Shown piece after piece: positions 33,422-43,823 of a stretch of DNA of 63,247 nt. The stretch is taken from contig JAQVPR010000001.1 of NCBI GenBank assembly GCA_028702025.1, positions 1 through 63,247 of the forward strand, given 5' to 3'. Below the pieces are notes generated by a model that was not told the DNA's origin, ran no database searches, and worked only from the letters and a program-made list of their open reading frames with translations. A program made the position numbers and the translations under genes. The stretch comes from Candidatus Cloacimonadota bacterium. Its GTDB lineage: Bacteria; Cloacimonadota; Cloacimonadia; Cloacimonadales; WRIO01. The first letter of the stretch is position 1; each line of letters begins with the position of its first letter.

Positions 33422-35146
33422 TTAATTGTTATGATTGATTAGATCTTGTATTTTGATTGAGATTTCGTGAAAATCTAATGGTTTTTTAAGTATTGCATCA
33501 ACTAAGAGGTCATTTGCCATTTTTTCAGATTCTTCGTTATGGTATCCGGAACATAAAATAATCGGAATTTTATTATCAATGGCTTTTATTTTTTTGATTA
33601 AATCAAATCCGTCAGACTTTGGCATTATCAGATCAGTGAAGATTAGGTTATATTTATCCTTATAATTTACATAATACTCAAATGCCTCAAGACTGTCATT
33701 AAAGATATCTACATCGTAGCCGAGTTTAGATAAAAAATCTTGCATAAGAAAGTTAATGGAAGGTTCATCATCTACGAATAAAATAGAACCCTTTCCATAT
33801 TGATAAGTGTGTAATTCTTTTGGTTTTTCAATGTGTATGGAATCAATTTTGGGTAAGAAAATTTCAAATTTTGTGCCTTTTCTGGGTTCAGAAATAACTT
33901 CGATAGAGCCGTTATGTTCAGAAACTATGCCTAATACAACAGATAATCCAAGACCTGTTCCTTGGTCTTTGTTTTTAGTAGTAAAGTAAGGGTCAAAGAC
34001 TTTATTTAATATATTTTTAGGTATCCCTGAGCCGTTATCGGAAACAGTTAATTTATAATAAATTCCGGGTGTGATTTTATTATTAAAAATTAGGGTGGTA
34101 TCTATATCTACATCTATTTGTTCTAAGATGATATTGATGATACCGGGTTTGCCTTGCATTGCATGCCAAGCATTAGTGCAGAGATTGAGAAGTATTTGTT
34201 TGATTTGTATGTCATTTCCCGCAATCAGTGCGTGTTTAATATTAATTTGTAGGTTTATATCTACTATTGAAGGTATGGTAGGACGGATTAATTTAAGTGA
34301 TTCTTCTATGCAATCTATTAAATTAATTGGTTGTATTTCTTTTGAACTTTTTCTTGAAAAGGTTAAGATTTGTTTTATTAATTCTTTAGCTCTATTTGAA
34401 GCAAAAAGGACTTCTGAAAGGTATTTTTTTATTTTATCCGGTTTTTCTACAAAGTTATTGGCGATTTCCGTATATCCGATTATAGCTGACAGGATATTAT
34501 TAAAGTCGTGTGATATGCCACCTGCAAGTGTACCTAAAGCTTCGTGTTTTTGAGAAGTATTTAAATGATTTAGTAAAACTAAATTGTCATTTTTAATCTT
34601 TGTTAAGTCAGTTACATCTAAGGCGAAACATACAATTCCTGATATTTGATGATTTTCGGCAAATACAGGTAATATATTGACTTCAAAGTAATAAGCCTTA
34701 TTATTTATTTGTATGGAACAATCTCTTTTTAAAAGAGATTTTGCATTTTGAATTACAAAAAGTTCGTCACTTTCATTAAAGTATTCAGTTTTGAAAAGTG
34801 ATTTTTGATTATGTCCGATAACTTTAGAAATTTTTAAATTAAAAAATGATAAAAATGGTCTGTTGACTCGAACAAAGTTTAACTTTATATCTTTGAAAAA
34901 GATAATTGCCGGTGAGTAGTCAAGCATAATTTGTAATTCATAAAGTGTATTTTCAAGAGTTCTTTGATAGTGGATTAATTCTTCATTTTTGTTGATGACA
35001 TTTTTTTCGAGGTTATTAACAATTTCTAAGTATTTATCTGTAATTGCTTTGTTTTCTTGTTTTGTAAGGTTAAGTTCATTTTTGATTTGTTGATTTTCAA
35101 TTTCTAAATATTTGATTTTTTCTAACAACTCGGGAGTTTTGTCCAC
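33422..35146 (-). CDS. Hybrid sensor histidine kinase (coiled coil, PAS, HisKA, HATPase, receiver)
   Basis: H-box GISHDFNNIL, N-box LCTNAWHAM, G-boxes DNGSGI and GTGLGLSVV. C-terminal receiver domain (ILFVDDEPS, IFTDLIMPKSDG, KKP). Confidence 0.9.
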   Translation of the reverse strand: MDKTPELLEKIKYLEIENQQIKNELNLTKQENKAITDKYLEIVNNLEKNVINKNEELIHYQRTLENTLYELQIMLDYSPAIIFFKDIKLNFVRVNRPFLSFFNLKISKVIGHNQKSLFKTEYFNESDELFVIQNAKSLLKRDCSIQINNKAYYFEVNILPVFAENHQISGIVCFALDVTDLTKIKNDNLVLLNHLNTSQKHEALGTLAGGISHDFNNILSAIIGYTEIANNFVEKPDKIKKYLSEVLFASNRAKELIKQILTFSRKSSKEIQPINLIDCIEESLKLIRPTIPSIVDINLQINIKHALIAGNDIQIKQILLNLCTNAWHAMQGKPGIINIILEQIDVDIDTTLIFNNKITPGIYYKLTVSDNGSGIPKNILNKVFDPYFTTKNKDQGTGLGLSVVLGIVSEHNGSIEVISEPRKGTKFEIFLPKIDSIHIEKPKELHTYQYGKGSILFVDDEPSINFLMQDFLSKLGYDVDIFNDSLEAFEYYVNYKDKYNLIFTDLIMPKSDGFDLIKKIKAIDNKIPIILCSGYHNEESEKMANDLLVDAILKKPLDFHEISIKIQDLINHNN

Positions 35147-35171
35147 TTTATCTCCTCAAATGATTAAAAGG

Positions 35172-36050
35172 TTATAAAATACCATTTGTATGCATTTCGT
35201 TTAATTCACATTGAACTAATTCTAATATTGGTTCAAAACAGACAGGGTCAAGTTTTAGAAATTTAAGAGATGAGTCATATCTATATTGATTAAAGAGAGA
35301 ATTATCAGCAAAACCGATGCCTTCATTTTTTAGTATTTGGTCAATTAAGAAAATAGAATAGGTGTCTTTTCTATTTGATTTAGGAGCATTTATCGGATTG
35401 TGATGATGTTTGATTGTATTTATTAGATTAATTGGGAATCCCCATTCTTCCATTATATCAGCAGCCAATTCTGTGTGGTCAAACCCAAGAATTTCTTTTT
35501 CACAAAGATTTAAATCTTTGTTAGTATCATACATTTTATCTAAAATATTTCTATAGTCTTCTGTACGAAACTGATCAAGTAGTATTACTCCAATATTATG
35601 TAATAATCCGACCGAATAGATAAAGCTACCCGGGTCATAGAATTCTCTTCGGTAAAGAGCTTTGCCCATAATTGCAGTTGCAATACTTGATTTCCATAAA
35701 TCCAATCTTGAAAATTTATTATGTTGATTATCACCTTCAAATACTTCTATAACTTTCATAGACATTGCTAAATGTTTGACAGTATCAAAGCCTAACCAAA
35801 CAATAGCCTCTTGTATATCGGTTAGCTTTCTAAATGTTCCATAATATGCTGAATTAGCTAATTTTAATATTCTTAAGGTTAAAGGTGGATCTAATTCAAC
35901 AATTTCTTTTAATTCTCTTGCACTACATGAGGGATTATTGATGAGTTTGAAAAGCTCTAATAAAGTATTCTTTATAGAAGCAAGTTTAGAATTATGGATT
36001 TCAGTTTTTAGAAAGTTGTAATACTCATTAAAATTTTTATTTGATTTCAT
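35172..36050 (-). CDS. HDOD domain signalling protein
   Basis: LINNPSCSARELKEIVELDPPLTLRILKLANSAYYG and the HD-like GLLHNIG...FDHTELAA pattern. Confidence 0.85.
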   Translation of the reverse strand: MKSNKNFNEYYNFLKTEIHNSKLASIKNTLLELFKLINNPSCSARELKEIVELDPPLTLRILKLANSAYYGTFRKLTDIQEAIVWLGFDTVKHLAMSMKVIEVFEGDNQHNKFSRLDLWKSSIATAIMGKALYRREFYDPGSFIYSVGLLHNIGVILLDQFRTEDYRNILDKMYDTNKDLNLCEKEILGFDHTELAADIMEEWGFPINLINTIKHHHNPINAPKSNRKDTYSIFLIDQILKNEGIGFADNSLFNQYRYDSSLKFLKLDPVCFEPILELVQCELNEMHTNGIL

Positions 36051-36441
36051 TCAATATCCTCTTAAATACAAAGAAAATTAGTATTTAAATTTTTGCAAGC
36101 TTTTTTTGTATTAAAGCTCATTTCTTTTGTTAAGACTTTTATTCAACTGTGATTGATTGTTTTGATAAATCCTAAAAGTAAGTTTCTATATTAATAGATA
36201 TTATATTTTTTTGTTTTAACCAAAAACTCATTTTAACTTGTTGAAGTAATAATTAAGGATTAATCTTAATGATTTTGTTTTATAAAGTATTATTCCGGAT
36301 ATTTTAACATCTCCTTTTTTTCTAATATATTAAGTATTTGAAAAACTAAGTTTTGATTTAAAAACATAAAGTGTATATTGGCAAATTTTGTTTTTTTCAA
36401 TAAAAAAATAGCATAATTATAAAAATTTAGTTATTTTGTTA

Positions 36442-36470
36442 TTGACTTTTTATCTTAGAATTATTATACT
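36442..36470 (+). promoter_or_regulatory. sigma70-type promoter of the efflux operon
   Basis: TTGACT (36442-36447), a 17-nt spacer, then TATACT (36465-36470). A GGAGG RBS precedes the ATG at 36505. Confidence 0.6.
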
Positions 36471-36504
36471 AACTTAGATGAAAGTTATATAATGGAGGAA
36501 AATA

Positions 36505-37812
36505 ATGAATAAAATATGGATATGTATAATATTAATCTTCACAATAGTAAATGTTTATTCTTTGACACTTGATGAAGCAATTGAAATCGGATTCGAAAAT
36601 TCACCAATTATTAAATCAGCAAGTCAAAACCTTGAACAAACAAAATGGGATTATTACCAATCTACTTTTGAACTTTTCCCAACTGCAAATTTAAATGCTT
36701 CATATACAAAGTATGATCCATCAATTGGCATAAATACTGAAAATAATAAAAGTTATGGTATTCAAGCAAGTCAAACATTGTTTGCAGGAGGTAAGATTTG
36801 GCTCAATAAAAAAACTAAACAAAATCTATATAAAGCTTCAAAAGAAAATTTTTCTCTAAAAAAAATTGAACTTCTGTCTGAAATAGAAAATAAGTTTTTT
36901 AATGCTCTGGAAAAAAAACAATATGTTTTAATAGCTGAAAATGAATATAATAATGCTGTAACAAATGAACAAATTGCTCAAATTAGATATAATAATGGTT
37001 CTCTTACTGAAGCAGAGTTATTTAGAATGAAAGCTCAAACAGTAAATAAAAAAGTTAATAATATACAAGCAAAAACTAATCTTTTAACAGCCGTTATAGA
37101 CTTAAAAAATACTCTTGGTATTAAAGATGATGTAATTCCTGAAGATATTAATGAAGATGTTTTTGAGGAAAATATGTTTAATGTATATGAATGGGATATG
37201 GAACAAATTAATAAATTTGTTGAAGATATTAGTCAATTGAGCTTGTCTGAAAATACAAGTTTAAAAGTTTATCAATTAAATATAAAAAATGTAAAAAATC
37301 AATTAACTATGGCAACAGGAAATTTTTTGCCTACAGTAAATTTAAGTTATTCAAAAAGTTATGCAAAGACAAATCTTGAAGATGATTATTCTGATTCAAG
37401 TACCTTGATGTTAAATGCATCAATTCCAATTTTACCTTTTGGTAATAATCTTTCTTCATATCTTAAGAATAAAGCAAATCTACGAAAAAATGAATTTGAT
37501 TATACTACAACTGAAAATACTATAAGCTTAAATGCTCGATCAACTGCACTTGCATGGGTATCTGCAATTCAAACTGCAAAATCAGCTGAACTTTCATTAG
37601 AGTATGCAAAAAAATCATGGCAACAAATGAACCAAAGATATAAAAATGGCATTATTTCAAGTTCGGAAATGCTTGATGCCGATATTATGTTAAGCAATGC
37701 TAATGTGCAATATGTCACTTCAAGATATAATATTTTAAGAAATAAAGCGAATCTAAAAAAACTTTTAGATATTGAATCCGATGAAGAATTTATAAAATTA
37801 GTAATTAATTAG
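36505..37812 (+). CDS. TolC-family outer membrane efflux protein
   Basis: Signal peptide, the start LTLDEAIEIGFENSPIIK, and two repeated coiled-coil/beta-barrel halves typical of OEP/TolC. Confidence 0.85.
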   Translation: MNKIWICIILIFTIVNVYSLTLDEAIEIGFENSPIIKSASQNLEQTKWDYYQSTFELFPTANLNASYTKYDPSIGINTENNKSYGIQASQTLFAGGKIWLNKKTKQNLYKASKENFSLKKIELLSEIENKFFNALEKKQYVLIAENEYNNAVTNEQIAQIRYNNGSLTEAELFRMKAQTVNKKVNNIQAKTNLLTAVIDLKNTLGIKDDVIPEDINEDVFEENMFNVYEWDMEQINKFVEDISQLSLSENTSLKVYQLNIKNVKNQLTMATGNFLPTVNLSYSKSYAKTNLEDDYSDSSTLMLNASIPILPFGNNLSSYLKNKANLRKNEFDYTTTENTISLNARSTALAWVSAIQTAKSAELSLEYAKKSWQQMNQRYKNGIISSSEMLDADIMLSNANVQYVTSRYNILRNKANLKKLLDIESDEEFIKLVIN

Positions 37813-37820
37813 GAGGTTAT

Positions 37821-38924
37821 GTGTATAAGAAAAAAAGATTTTTTGTGATGATAGGGTTACTTTTATTTATTTCAGCTTGTAGTAAACAGGCACCTCAAAA
37901 TTCATCTAAACAGCCAACTAATGAGCAAACAGTAATTATTCAAGAAGTAATGCCAAGGAATTTAAATGAATATATTAGAATAACTGGGGTTATTGAAGGA
38001 GAAACAGATATTTTACTGAATTCAGAAGTTTCAGGAAAGATTATAGAGATTTATAAATCACTTGGAGATAAAATTACAAAAGGTGAAACAATTGCAAAAA
38101 TAGATAATAAGGATTTTGAAATCCAAGTTTTACAGGCAGAAGCAAATTTACTGGCAGCTGAAGCAAGTAAAGAAGCATTGGAAAAGCAATTTCAAAGTAA
38201 TCTTCAACTTTATAATGATAATATAATTTCTGAATTAGAATATCAAAACTCTGTCAGTGCTTATAAAAATGCTACAGCTCAATGGCAAGGAGCTCTCGCT
38301 AATCTTGAAATAAAAAAGCGAATTTTAAATAACTCAATGTTCATTGCACCTGTTTCCGGGTCTATTGTTGACTTGCCGATTAAAATTGGTCAAACTGTAT
38401 CTGTTAATCAAAAAATTGCAGGTATAGTCGACCTTGATAAACTTATGATAAGGACAGGTGTAGGTGAAAAAAGCATTTTGTTATTAAAAAATAATCAAAA
38501 AGCAACCGTGTTGTATAATAATAAACAATATCCTGCTAAAATAAGTGGTATCGGATATAAATTATTAAGTTCTATTGCAAATTATCCAATAGAAATTAAA
38601 TTAGATAATAAAAATAATGACTTAATCCCCGGAATGATTGTTAGTGTAGAGGTTTTAGTTAACACACATCAAGATATTTTTTATACTTCTCTTAATCATA
38701 TATTACAAGATTATGATCAAAATTACGTTTATGTTGTTGATAATGATAATAAGATAATTAGAAAAAATGTTACCTTAGGGAAACAGATAAGTGAAAATGT
38801 CATAATTAAAGAAGGATTAATTCAAGGAGATATGCTTGTAATTGAGGGTTATGAGAATGTTGAGCCTGATATGAAGGTAATTACAAGAATTTTTGAAACT
38901 AAAAATAATGCGTTGGGAGATTAA
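37821..38924 (+). CDS. Efflux RND transporter periplasmic adaptor (MFP/HlyD family)
   Basis: Lipobox FISAC-S, the lipoyl-like motifs ITGVIEGETDILLNSEVSGKI..IAKID, an alpha-hairpin and beta-barrel domains. GTG start after AGGAGG. Confidence 0.85.
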   Translation: MYKKKRFFVMIGLLLFISACSKQAPQNSSKQPTNEQTVIIQEVMPRNLNEYIRITGVIEGETDILLNSEVSGKIIEIYKSLGDKITKGETIAKIDNKDFEIQVLQAEANLLAAEASKEALEKQFQSNLQLYNDNIISELEYQNSVSAYKNATAQWQGALANLEIKKRILNNSMFIAPVSGSIVDLPIKIGQTVSVNQKIAGIVDLDKLMIRTGVGEKSILLLKNNQKATVLYNNKQYPAKISGIGYKLLSSIANYPIEIKLDNKNNDLIPGMIVSVEVLVNTHQDIFYTSLNHILQDYDQNYVYVVDNDNKIIRKNVTLGKQISENVIIKEGLIQGDMLVIEGYENVEPDMKVITRIFETKNNALGD

Positions 38925-41900
38925 ATGTCCATAGCAAAATTTTCTGTAGAAAATACTGTATTAATTAATATGTTGATGGTTGTTGTTTTTATTATGGGTA
39001 TTTTTGCGATTATTGATATCCCTAAAGAAGCTGCTCCTGCAGTAGATTTTGGCTCTGCAGTAGTAACTGTTTTATATCCCGGAGTATCTCCTGAAGAAAT
39101 TGAAAATTTAATAATAAAAAAAATAGAGGATCAATTGCAGAATCTGGATGATGTAGATTATATTTCTTCTACCGCACAGGAAGGACGAGCAAATATCAGA
39201 ATATCTTTTGATGCTAAGGCAAATGCTGATGATGCCTGGGATCAACTTAATGAAGAAATGAATAAAATTACGGATTTGCCGGAAGATGCTCAAGATCCGG
39301 TCCTTATTCAGATTAAAATGAGAGAAGTTAACGAAATTTGTGATATTTCGATGTTTGGGCAATTTAGCGGAAATACTATGCGGGAAATAGCTGAAGATTT
39401 ACAAGAACAGTTGAATAATGTAGATTATGTTTCAAAGGTAGAAGTCTTCGGTACTCAAGAAAGACAGATTCATATTAATGCAGATTTAGAAAAATTAAAC
39501 CATTATGGATTAAGTCTTTCTGATATAAATAATGCAATTCAAACAAGAAATATAAATATGCCCGGCGGAACAGTTGATTTTGGTAAAGCTGAGTTTATAA
39601 TTCGTTCAATGGGAGAGTTTCAAACAGTTCAAGAGATAGTAGAATTGAGAGTAAAGACTGATACAAATGGAAGAATGTTATTAGTTGATGATATTGCAAT
39701 AGTAGCTGATACACTTGAGGAAAAAAGAGTTATTTCCAAACTTGATAATAAGCCAAGTATAAATTTTTCTGTTTATAAAAAAGCTGAAGGTAACATTATT
39801 GACGTAATGAAAAATATTCGTCAAGTAGTAAAAGATTTTGAATCTAATGTGCCGGGCTTAACTGTTACTGTAAGAAATGATGACTCAACAGATGTAAAAA
39901 ATAGTGTTAATACTCTTGGCTCAAGCGCAATATTTGGTATTGTGTTAGTGTTTTTTATATTATGGTTGTTTATCGGTTGGAGAAACGCTTTGCTGGCTGC
40001 TTGGGGTATTCCTTTTAGCTTTATGTTAACCTTTATTGTATTGAGATTTACCGATATTACTATGAATAACCTTTCTCTCTTTGCCCTTGTCCTTGTCTTA
40101 GGAATGATTGTTGATGATGCAATTGTTGTGATAGAGAATATTTACCGTTATATCGAAAAAGGTTATGCTGTAAAAGATGCAGTTATAACCGGTGTCAAGG
40201 AAGTTACTTGGCCGGTGATTGCTGCAATAGCAACTACTTGTGCTGCGTTTTTGCCGATTTCACTAACTGAGGGTATAATGGGGAAATTTATTAGAGTATT
40301 CCCTATAGTTGTCAGTATTGCATTAGTAGCTTCATTATTTGAGTGTTTGGTTGTATTGCCGGCTCATGTTTCTGAAGTTATTAAACCTAAAATTAAAAAG
40401 CAGAATGAAAAGGCTCATTTTTATGAGAAACTACAAAAAAAATATCGTAAATTATTACGGATTGTTCTATGTAAAAGAGGATTGGCTGTTACAGTTGTTT
40501 CCGGGTTACTTTTATTGTCTTTGTCTGCTCTTTTTTTAGGATGGGTGAAATTTGATTTCTTTCCGACTAGAACTCCTACTTCTTTGAATATAAAAGTAAG
40601 AACACCTATTGGGACTAATCTGGAAACTACTGATAATATAATTTCTAATATTGAAAACTTTATTCTTAATATGCCCGAAAAGGAAGATGTTAAGGCGATT
40701 GTTACTACTGTAGGACAATTAAGAGAAAATATGCAATGGAGACAAGCTACTTCAAATGCTGAAATGAGAATTGAGCTTGTCGAAGCTAATAACTTAAAAT
40801 TTGATTTAGAAAAAACTAAAAAGAGAATAAGAGATTATCTTGATGATTTACCCGGTATATATACTTATAGATTTGGTGAAAATCGACAAGGTGCTCCTGT
40901 CGGTCGGGATGTAGAATTAAGAGTTAAAGGTGAAAATCTGGAAAGATTAGAATATATCGGGAAAATCATTATTAGTGAATTAGAAAAGTTGCCCGGTGTG
41001 TCTGACCTTGAAGATAGTTTTAGCCCGGGTAAGGAAGAAGTAAGGCTAAGACCTTATCATGAAAAACTAGCTTTAAACGGGATTACTGTAACTCAGATTG
41101 CAAGCCTTATTAGAACAGCCTCAGCAGGTAATACTCTTTCAAAATATCGAGGCTCCGGATTTGAAGAATATGATATTGTTTTAAAAGCTCAGGATTATCA
41201 GATTAATGATTTTGAAGATTTAAAACATTTACAAATAAGAAATAATAAAGGTCAACTTATTCAATTAGATGAGTTAGTTTATTTTGATATAACAAAAGGG
41301 CTTGCCGAAATTGAACATAGAGATAGAAAAAGAATTATTACTATCACCGGTAATGCTAGCTTTTATGAAGTAAATGGCAAGTTTAGAAAAAGAACTTCAA
41401 ATGAGATTAATGAATATCTTTTTGGTAACAAACTCAGAAGAACTACAGGTGTTCTATCAACTTTTTCTCAAAGATTTCCGGGATATCAAATTGAAACCGG
41501 TGGGATAGCTGAAGACCAAAGACGTTCATATTCTTCACTTATATCAGCCTTAGCAATAGCTTTGTTGTTGGTATATTCTGTTTTAGCCGCTCAATTTAAA
41601 TCTTATGTACAACCATTGATTGTAATGTTGACAATTCCGTTTGGTTTTATTGGTGTAATATTAGGTTTATTAATAACTAATTTACCCTTTTCATTAACAA
41701 CGATGATTTCAGTAGTTGCTTTATCCGGTGTTGTTGTTAATGATTCCTTAGTTTTAGTTGATTTCATAAATAAGGAAAGAGAAAACGGAAAAGACAGGTG
41801 GCATTCAATTATAAGTGCCGGTTCGATTAGGTTAAGGCCAATAATTTTGACAACAGTTACAACAATTGGTGGTTTGTTACCAATGCTTTTGTCAACTTCT

Positions 41901-42098
41901 GAGGCTTCAGCTGATTGGAGACCTATGGCCGTATCTATTTCTTTTGGATTAGGATTTGCAACAATTCTAACTTTATTTATTATCCCATGTGTATATTCGT
42001 TTGTTGATTCATTTTTTGGTAGATTTGGTATTACAAGATTTAATGAACATACTCCGATTTGTATGATTAAGGACGAAGATTTTGATAAATCAGAGTAA
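38925..42098 (+). CDS. Efflux RND transporter permease (AcrB/HAE1-like)
   Basis: 1057 aa with the 12-TM architecture and two large periplasmic loops. LGMIVDDAIVVIENI motif in TM4. Confidence 0.95.
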   Translation: MSIAKFSVENTVLINMLMVVVFIMGIFAIIDIPKEAAPAVDFGSAVVTVLYPGVSPEEIENLIIKKIEDQLQNLDDVDYISSTAQEGRANIRISFDAKANADDAWDQLNEEMNKITDLPEDAQDPVLIQIKMREVNEICDISMFGQFSGNTMREIAEDLQEQLNNVDYVSKVEVFGTQERQIHINADLEKLNHYGLSLSDINNAIQTRNINMPGGTVDFGKAEFIIRSMGEFQTVQEIVELRVKTDTNGRMLLVDDIAIVADTLEEKRVISKLDNKPSINFSVYKKAEGNIIDVMKNIRQVVKDFESNVPGLTVTVRNDDSTDVKNSVNTLGSSAIFGIVLVFFILWLFIGWRNALLAAWGIPFSFMLTFIVLRFTDITMNNLSLFALVLVLGMIVDDAIVVIENIYRYIEKGYAVKDAVITGVKEVTWPVIAAIATTCAAFLPISLTEGIMGKFIRVFPIVVSIALVASLFECLVVLPAHVSEVIKPKIKKQNEKAHFYEKLQKKYRKLLRIVLCKRGLAVTVVSGLLLLSLSALFLGWVKFDFFPTRTPTSLNIKVRTPIGTNLETTDNIISNIENFILNMPEKEDVKAIVTTVGQLRENMQWRQATSNAEMRIELVEANNLKFDLEKTKKRIRDYLDDLPGIYTYRFGENRQGAPVGRDVELRVKGENLERLEYIGKIIISELEKLPGVSDLEDSFSPGKEEVRLRPYHEKLALNGITVTQIASLIRTASAGNTLSKYRGSGFEEYDIVLKAQDYQINDFEDLKHLQIRNNKGQLIQLDELVYFDITKGLAEIEHRDRKRIITITGNASFYEVNGKFRKRTSNEINEYLFGNKLRRTTGVLSTFSQRFPGYQIETGGIAEDQRRSYSSLISALAIALLLVYSVLAAQFKSYVQPLIVMLTIPFGFIGVILGLLITNLPFSLTTMISVVALSGVVVNDSLVLVDFINKERENGKDRWHSIISAGSIRLRPIILTTVTTIGGLLPMLLSTSEASADWRPMAVSISFGLGFATILTLFIIPCVYSFVDSFFGRFGITRFNEHTPICMIKDEDFDKSE

Positions 42099-42118
42099 AA
42101 AAAGTAGATAAATAAGTT

Positions 42119-42182
42119 GTAAGTCTTATGTTAGTTTATCTTTTTGATTAAGAAGTGGCATAAGACTTGCATTTTTCTTTTT
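42119..42182 (+). terminator. Putative terminator after the RND operon (long-loop hairpin plus T-run)
   Basis: AAGTCTTATG (42121-42130) pairs with CATAAGACTT (42159-42168) across a 28-nt loop, followed by ATTTTTCTTTTT. Confidence 0.45.
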
Positions 42183-42205
42183 ATAATAAGAAAAATCTTT
42201 AAGGA

Positions 42206-42673
42206 ATGATTATGATTTATGAACAAAATCTTGATTGTGTGTCTGAAAAGGCTAAGATTCTCGTTAAACAAAAAGAAGATAAGTATTTTAAATATCTTAA
42301 TATAGGAAAATTAGCTTACTTGTTAGAAGAAAAAAAGGAAATGTTTACTCTTAATGCAAACTATAAGATTGATAAGATTATTAAGATTGAAAGTATAGGA
42401 TTGCAAGAATTTATGGAAATTAAAACATTTAGTGGTTCTAAGGTATTGATAGGTCAGGAAGCAGAAGTTTATATTGATGATGAATGGATTTTATCTAATC
42501 AACTGAGATTTCACGAAGATGTTTTTGTATATGATATATTTAAGAATGATTTCAAAGAAACATTTATTATGGATATTCAACAAAATAAAAAGAGTAAAGC
42601 TTATCAAGTGTTTACTGAGCAAAATAATGGTTTTGTTGTTAATAATTTATTAGTTAGGAATAATTCAAAATAA
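42206..42673 (+). CDS. Hypothetical protein with Hint (intein-like) domain resemblance
   Basis: 155 aa. The block A-like C11 VSEKAKILV...NIGKL, the block F-like DVFVYDIF and the block G-like NGFVVNNLLVRNNS were judged by eye only. The start may be the second ATG (42212). Confidence 0.45.
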   Translation: MIMIYEQNLDCVSEKAKILVKQKEDKYFKYLNIGKLAYLLEEKKEMFTLNANYKIDKIIKIESIGLQEFMEIKTFSGSKVLIGQEAEVYIDDEWILSNQLRFHEDVFVYDIFKNDFKETFIMDIQQNKKSKAYQVFTEQNNGFVVNNLLVRNNSK

Positions 42674-42701
42674 TTGATTTAGTAAAAAATGCGATTTATA
42701 G

Positions 42702-42730
42702 TTGACAAAATTGTATTGTATTTTATTTTT
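42702..42730 (+). promoter_or_regulatory. Possible promoter of the TPR gene
   Basis: TTGACA (42702-42707) inside GTTGACAAAA, with a weak -10 TATTTT after a 16-nt spacer. Confidence 0.35.
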
Positions 42731-42755
42731 AGCAAAAATATACGGAGGCAATTGC

Positions 42756-43742
42756 ATGAAAAATTTTAAAATAATATTAATCGTAGTAATAATTTTAATT
42801 GTCAGCTTATCACTTTTTGCTCAGGAAAAGTCAAAAGAAAGGATTGCTAAAGAATATTTAGCAACCGGAGACTCTTTGTTTACAGCAAAAAATTTTACTA
42901 AGTCAATTGAAAGTTATAGGAATTCTTTAAACACCTTTAATGATGCTAAAACTGATTTAACTCCTTTTACTGAAGAAATTAAAGGTATTAATTTTAAACT
43001 TTATGCTGCCGGTTTGAATGCGAAAAATTACGAAGTTGCTACTCAATATGGAGAAGCTTACTTGACTTATGATCCGGCAAATGAAGCAGTAGTTAAAAAT
43101 TTAGCACAAGTCTATAGAATTGCTTTAAAAAACATTCAAAAGGCAATTAGTTTATGGAAAAATTATGATGATAAATATAATAGTTTTACAGCCAAACAAG
43201 AGATAGCTGAGTTATACTCAAAAAATAAAGATACAAGTAATGCGATTTTATGGTATAATAAAGCCTTAGAAATGAATAAAGATGCTGATGTATTACAAAA
43301 AATCGCTTCTTTATATATTGATAACAAGCAACCTGAAAAAGCAATTAAAACTTATCAAGACTTTATTTCAACAAATCCTTCTCAAAGAGATTTGGGCAAA
43401 ACTTATAGAAATATGGGTACTTTATACAAAGATATTAATGATAATGCTAATGCAATTAAATATTACGAATTAGCTTTAAATATAAATTGGGATAGAAATA
43501 TCGCTCTTTGGTTAGTTATGCAATATTATGATTCAAATGGATATTCAAATGCTAATAAGCATATAGCTATTATGTTAGAAAGAAATTCTAAAGACAATGA
43601 TGCTATTTATTACAAAGCTTTAATCTTATATAATCAAGAAAATTTAACTGAAGCAAAAACTTATTTTGAAAAGATTAAAAATCATCCTTCTTATGGTCAA
43701 TCTGCTCAAGGATATATTAAAAGTATTGATTCAGAAAATTAA
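42756..43742 (+). CDS. TPR-repeat protein (secreted or membrane-anchored)
   Basis: Start at M19 of the track ORF, after a GGAGG RBS. N-terminal signal/anchor MKNFKIILIVVIILIVSLSLFA and multiple TPR units (AILWYNKALEMNKD, AIKYYELALNINWD). Confidence 0.75.
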   Translation: MKNFKIILIVVIILIVSLSLFAQEKSKERIAKEYLATGDSLFTAKNFTKSIESYRNSLNTFNDAKTDLTPFTEEIKGINFKLYAAGLNAKNYEVATQYGEAYLTYDPANEAVVKNLAQVYRIALKNIQKAISLWKNYDDKYNSFTAKQEIAELYSKNKDTSNAILWYNKALEMNKDADVLQKIASLYIDNKQPEKAIKTYQDFISTNPSQRDLGKTYRNMGTLYKDINDNANAIKYYELALNINWDRNIALWLVMQYYDSNGYSNANKHIAIMLERNSKDNDAIYYKALILYNQENLTEAKTYFEKIKNHPSYGQSAQGYIKSIDSEN

Positions 43743-43771
43743 AATGTTATTTTTATACATATAGTTAATTG

Positions 43772-43803
43772 ATAGCAGTCATTCTTTGGCTGCTATTTTA
43801 TTT
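43772..43803 (+). terminator. Rho-independent terminator after the TPR gene
   Basis: Stem ATAGCAG/CTGCTAT followed by TTTATTT. Confidence 0.55.
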
Positions 43804-43823
43804 AACTTTGATAAGGAGAAAAT

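Noticed and set aside
33242-33442. 66-aa ORF in the track (MKNNIVRASLLALKTL...)
   Set aside because: It lies entirely within repeat copy E2. Other repeat copies do not keep an open frame or a start codon (ATA or an early stop at the equivalent positions). It has no RBS and runs into the convergent kinase gene.
34071-34553. 160-aa plus-strand ORF inside the hybrid kinase gene. The same issue applies to similar antisense ORFs at 19602-19979, 26115-26636, 17136-17360, 18131-18652 and others.
   Set aside because: These are all antisense shadow ORFs within long, domain-supported genes. None has an RBS or a recognisable motif.
36051-36504. Possible replication origin at the strand switch (about 29 kb of minus-strand genes on the left, about 15 kb of plus-strand genes on the right, and a 454-bp AT-rich gap)
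   Set aside because: I found no TTATCCACA-like DnaA boxes or their complements in the gap. No dnaA, dnaN or gyrB genes are nearby. The gap is adequately explained as a divergent promoter region. GC-skew analysis of the whole replicon would be needed to revisit this.
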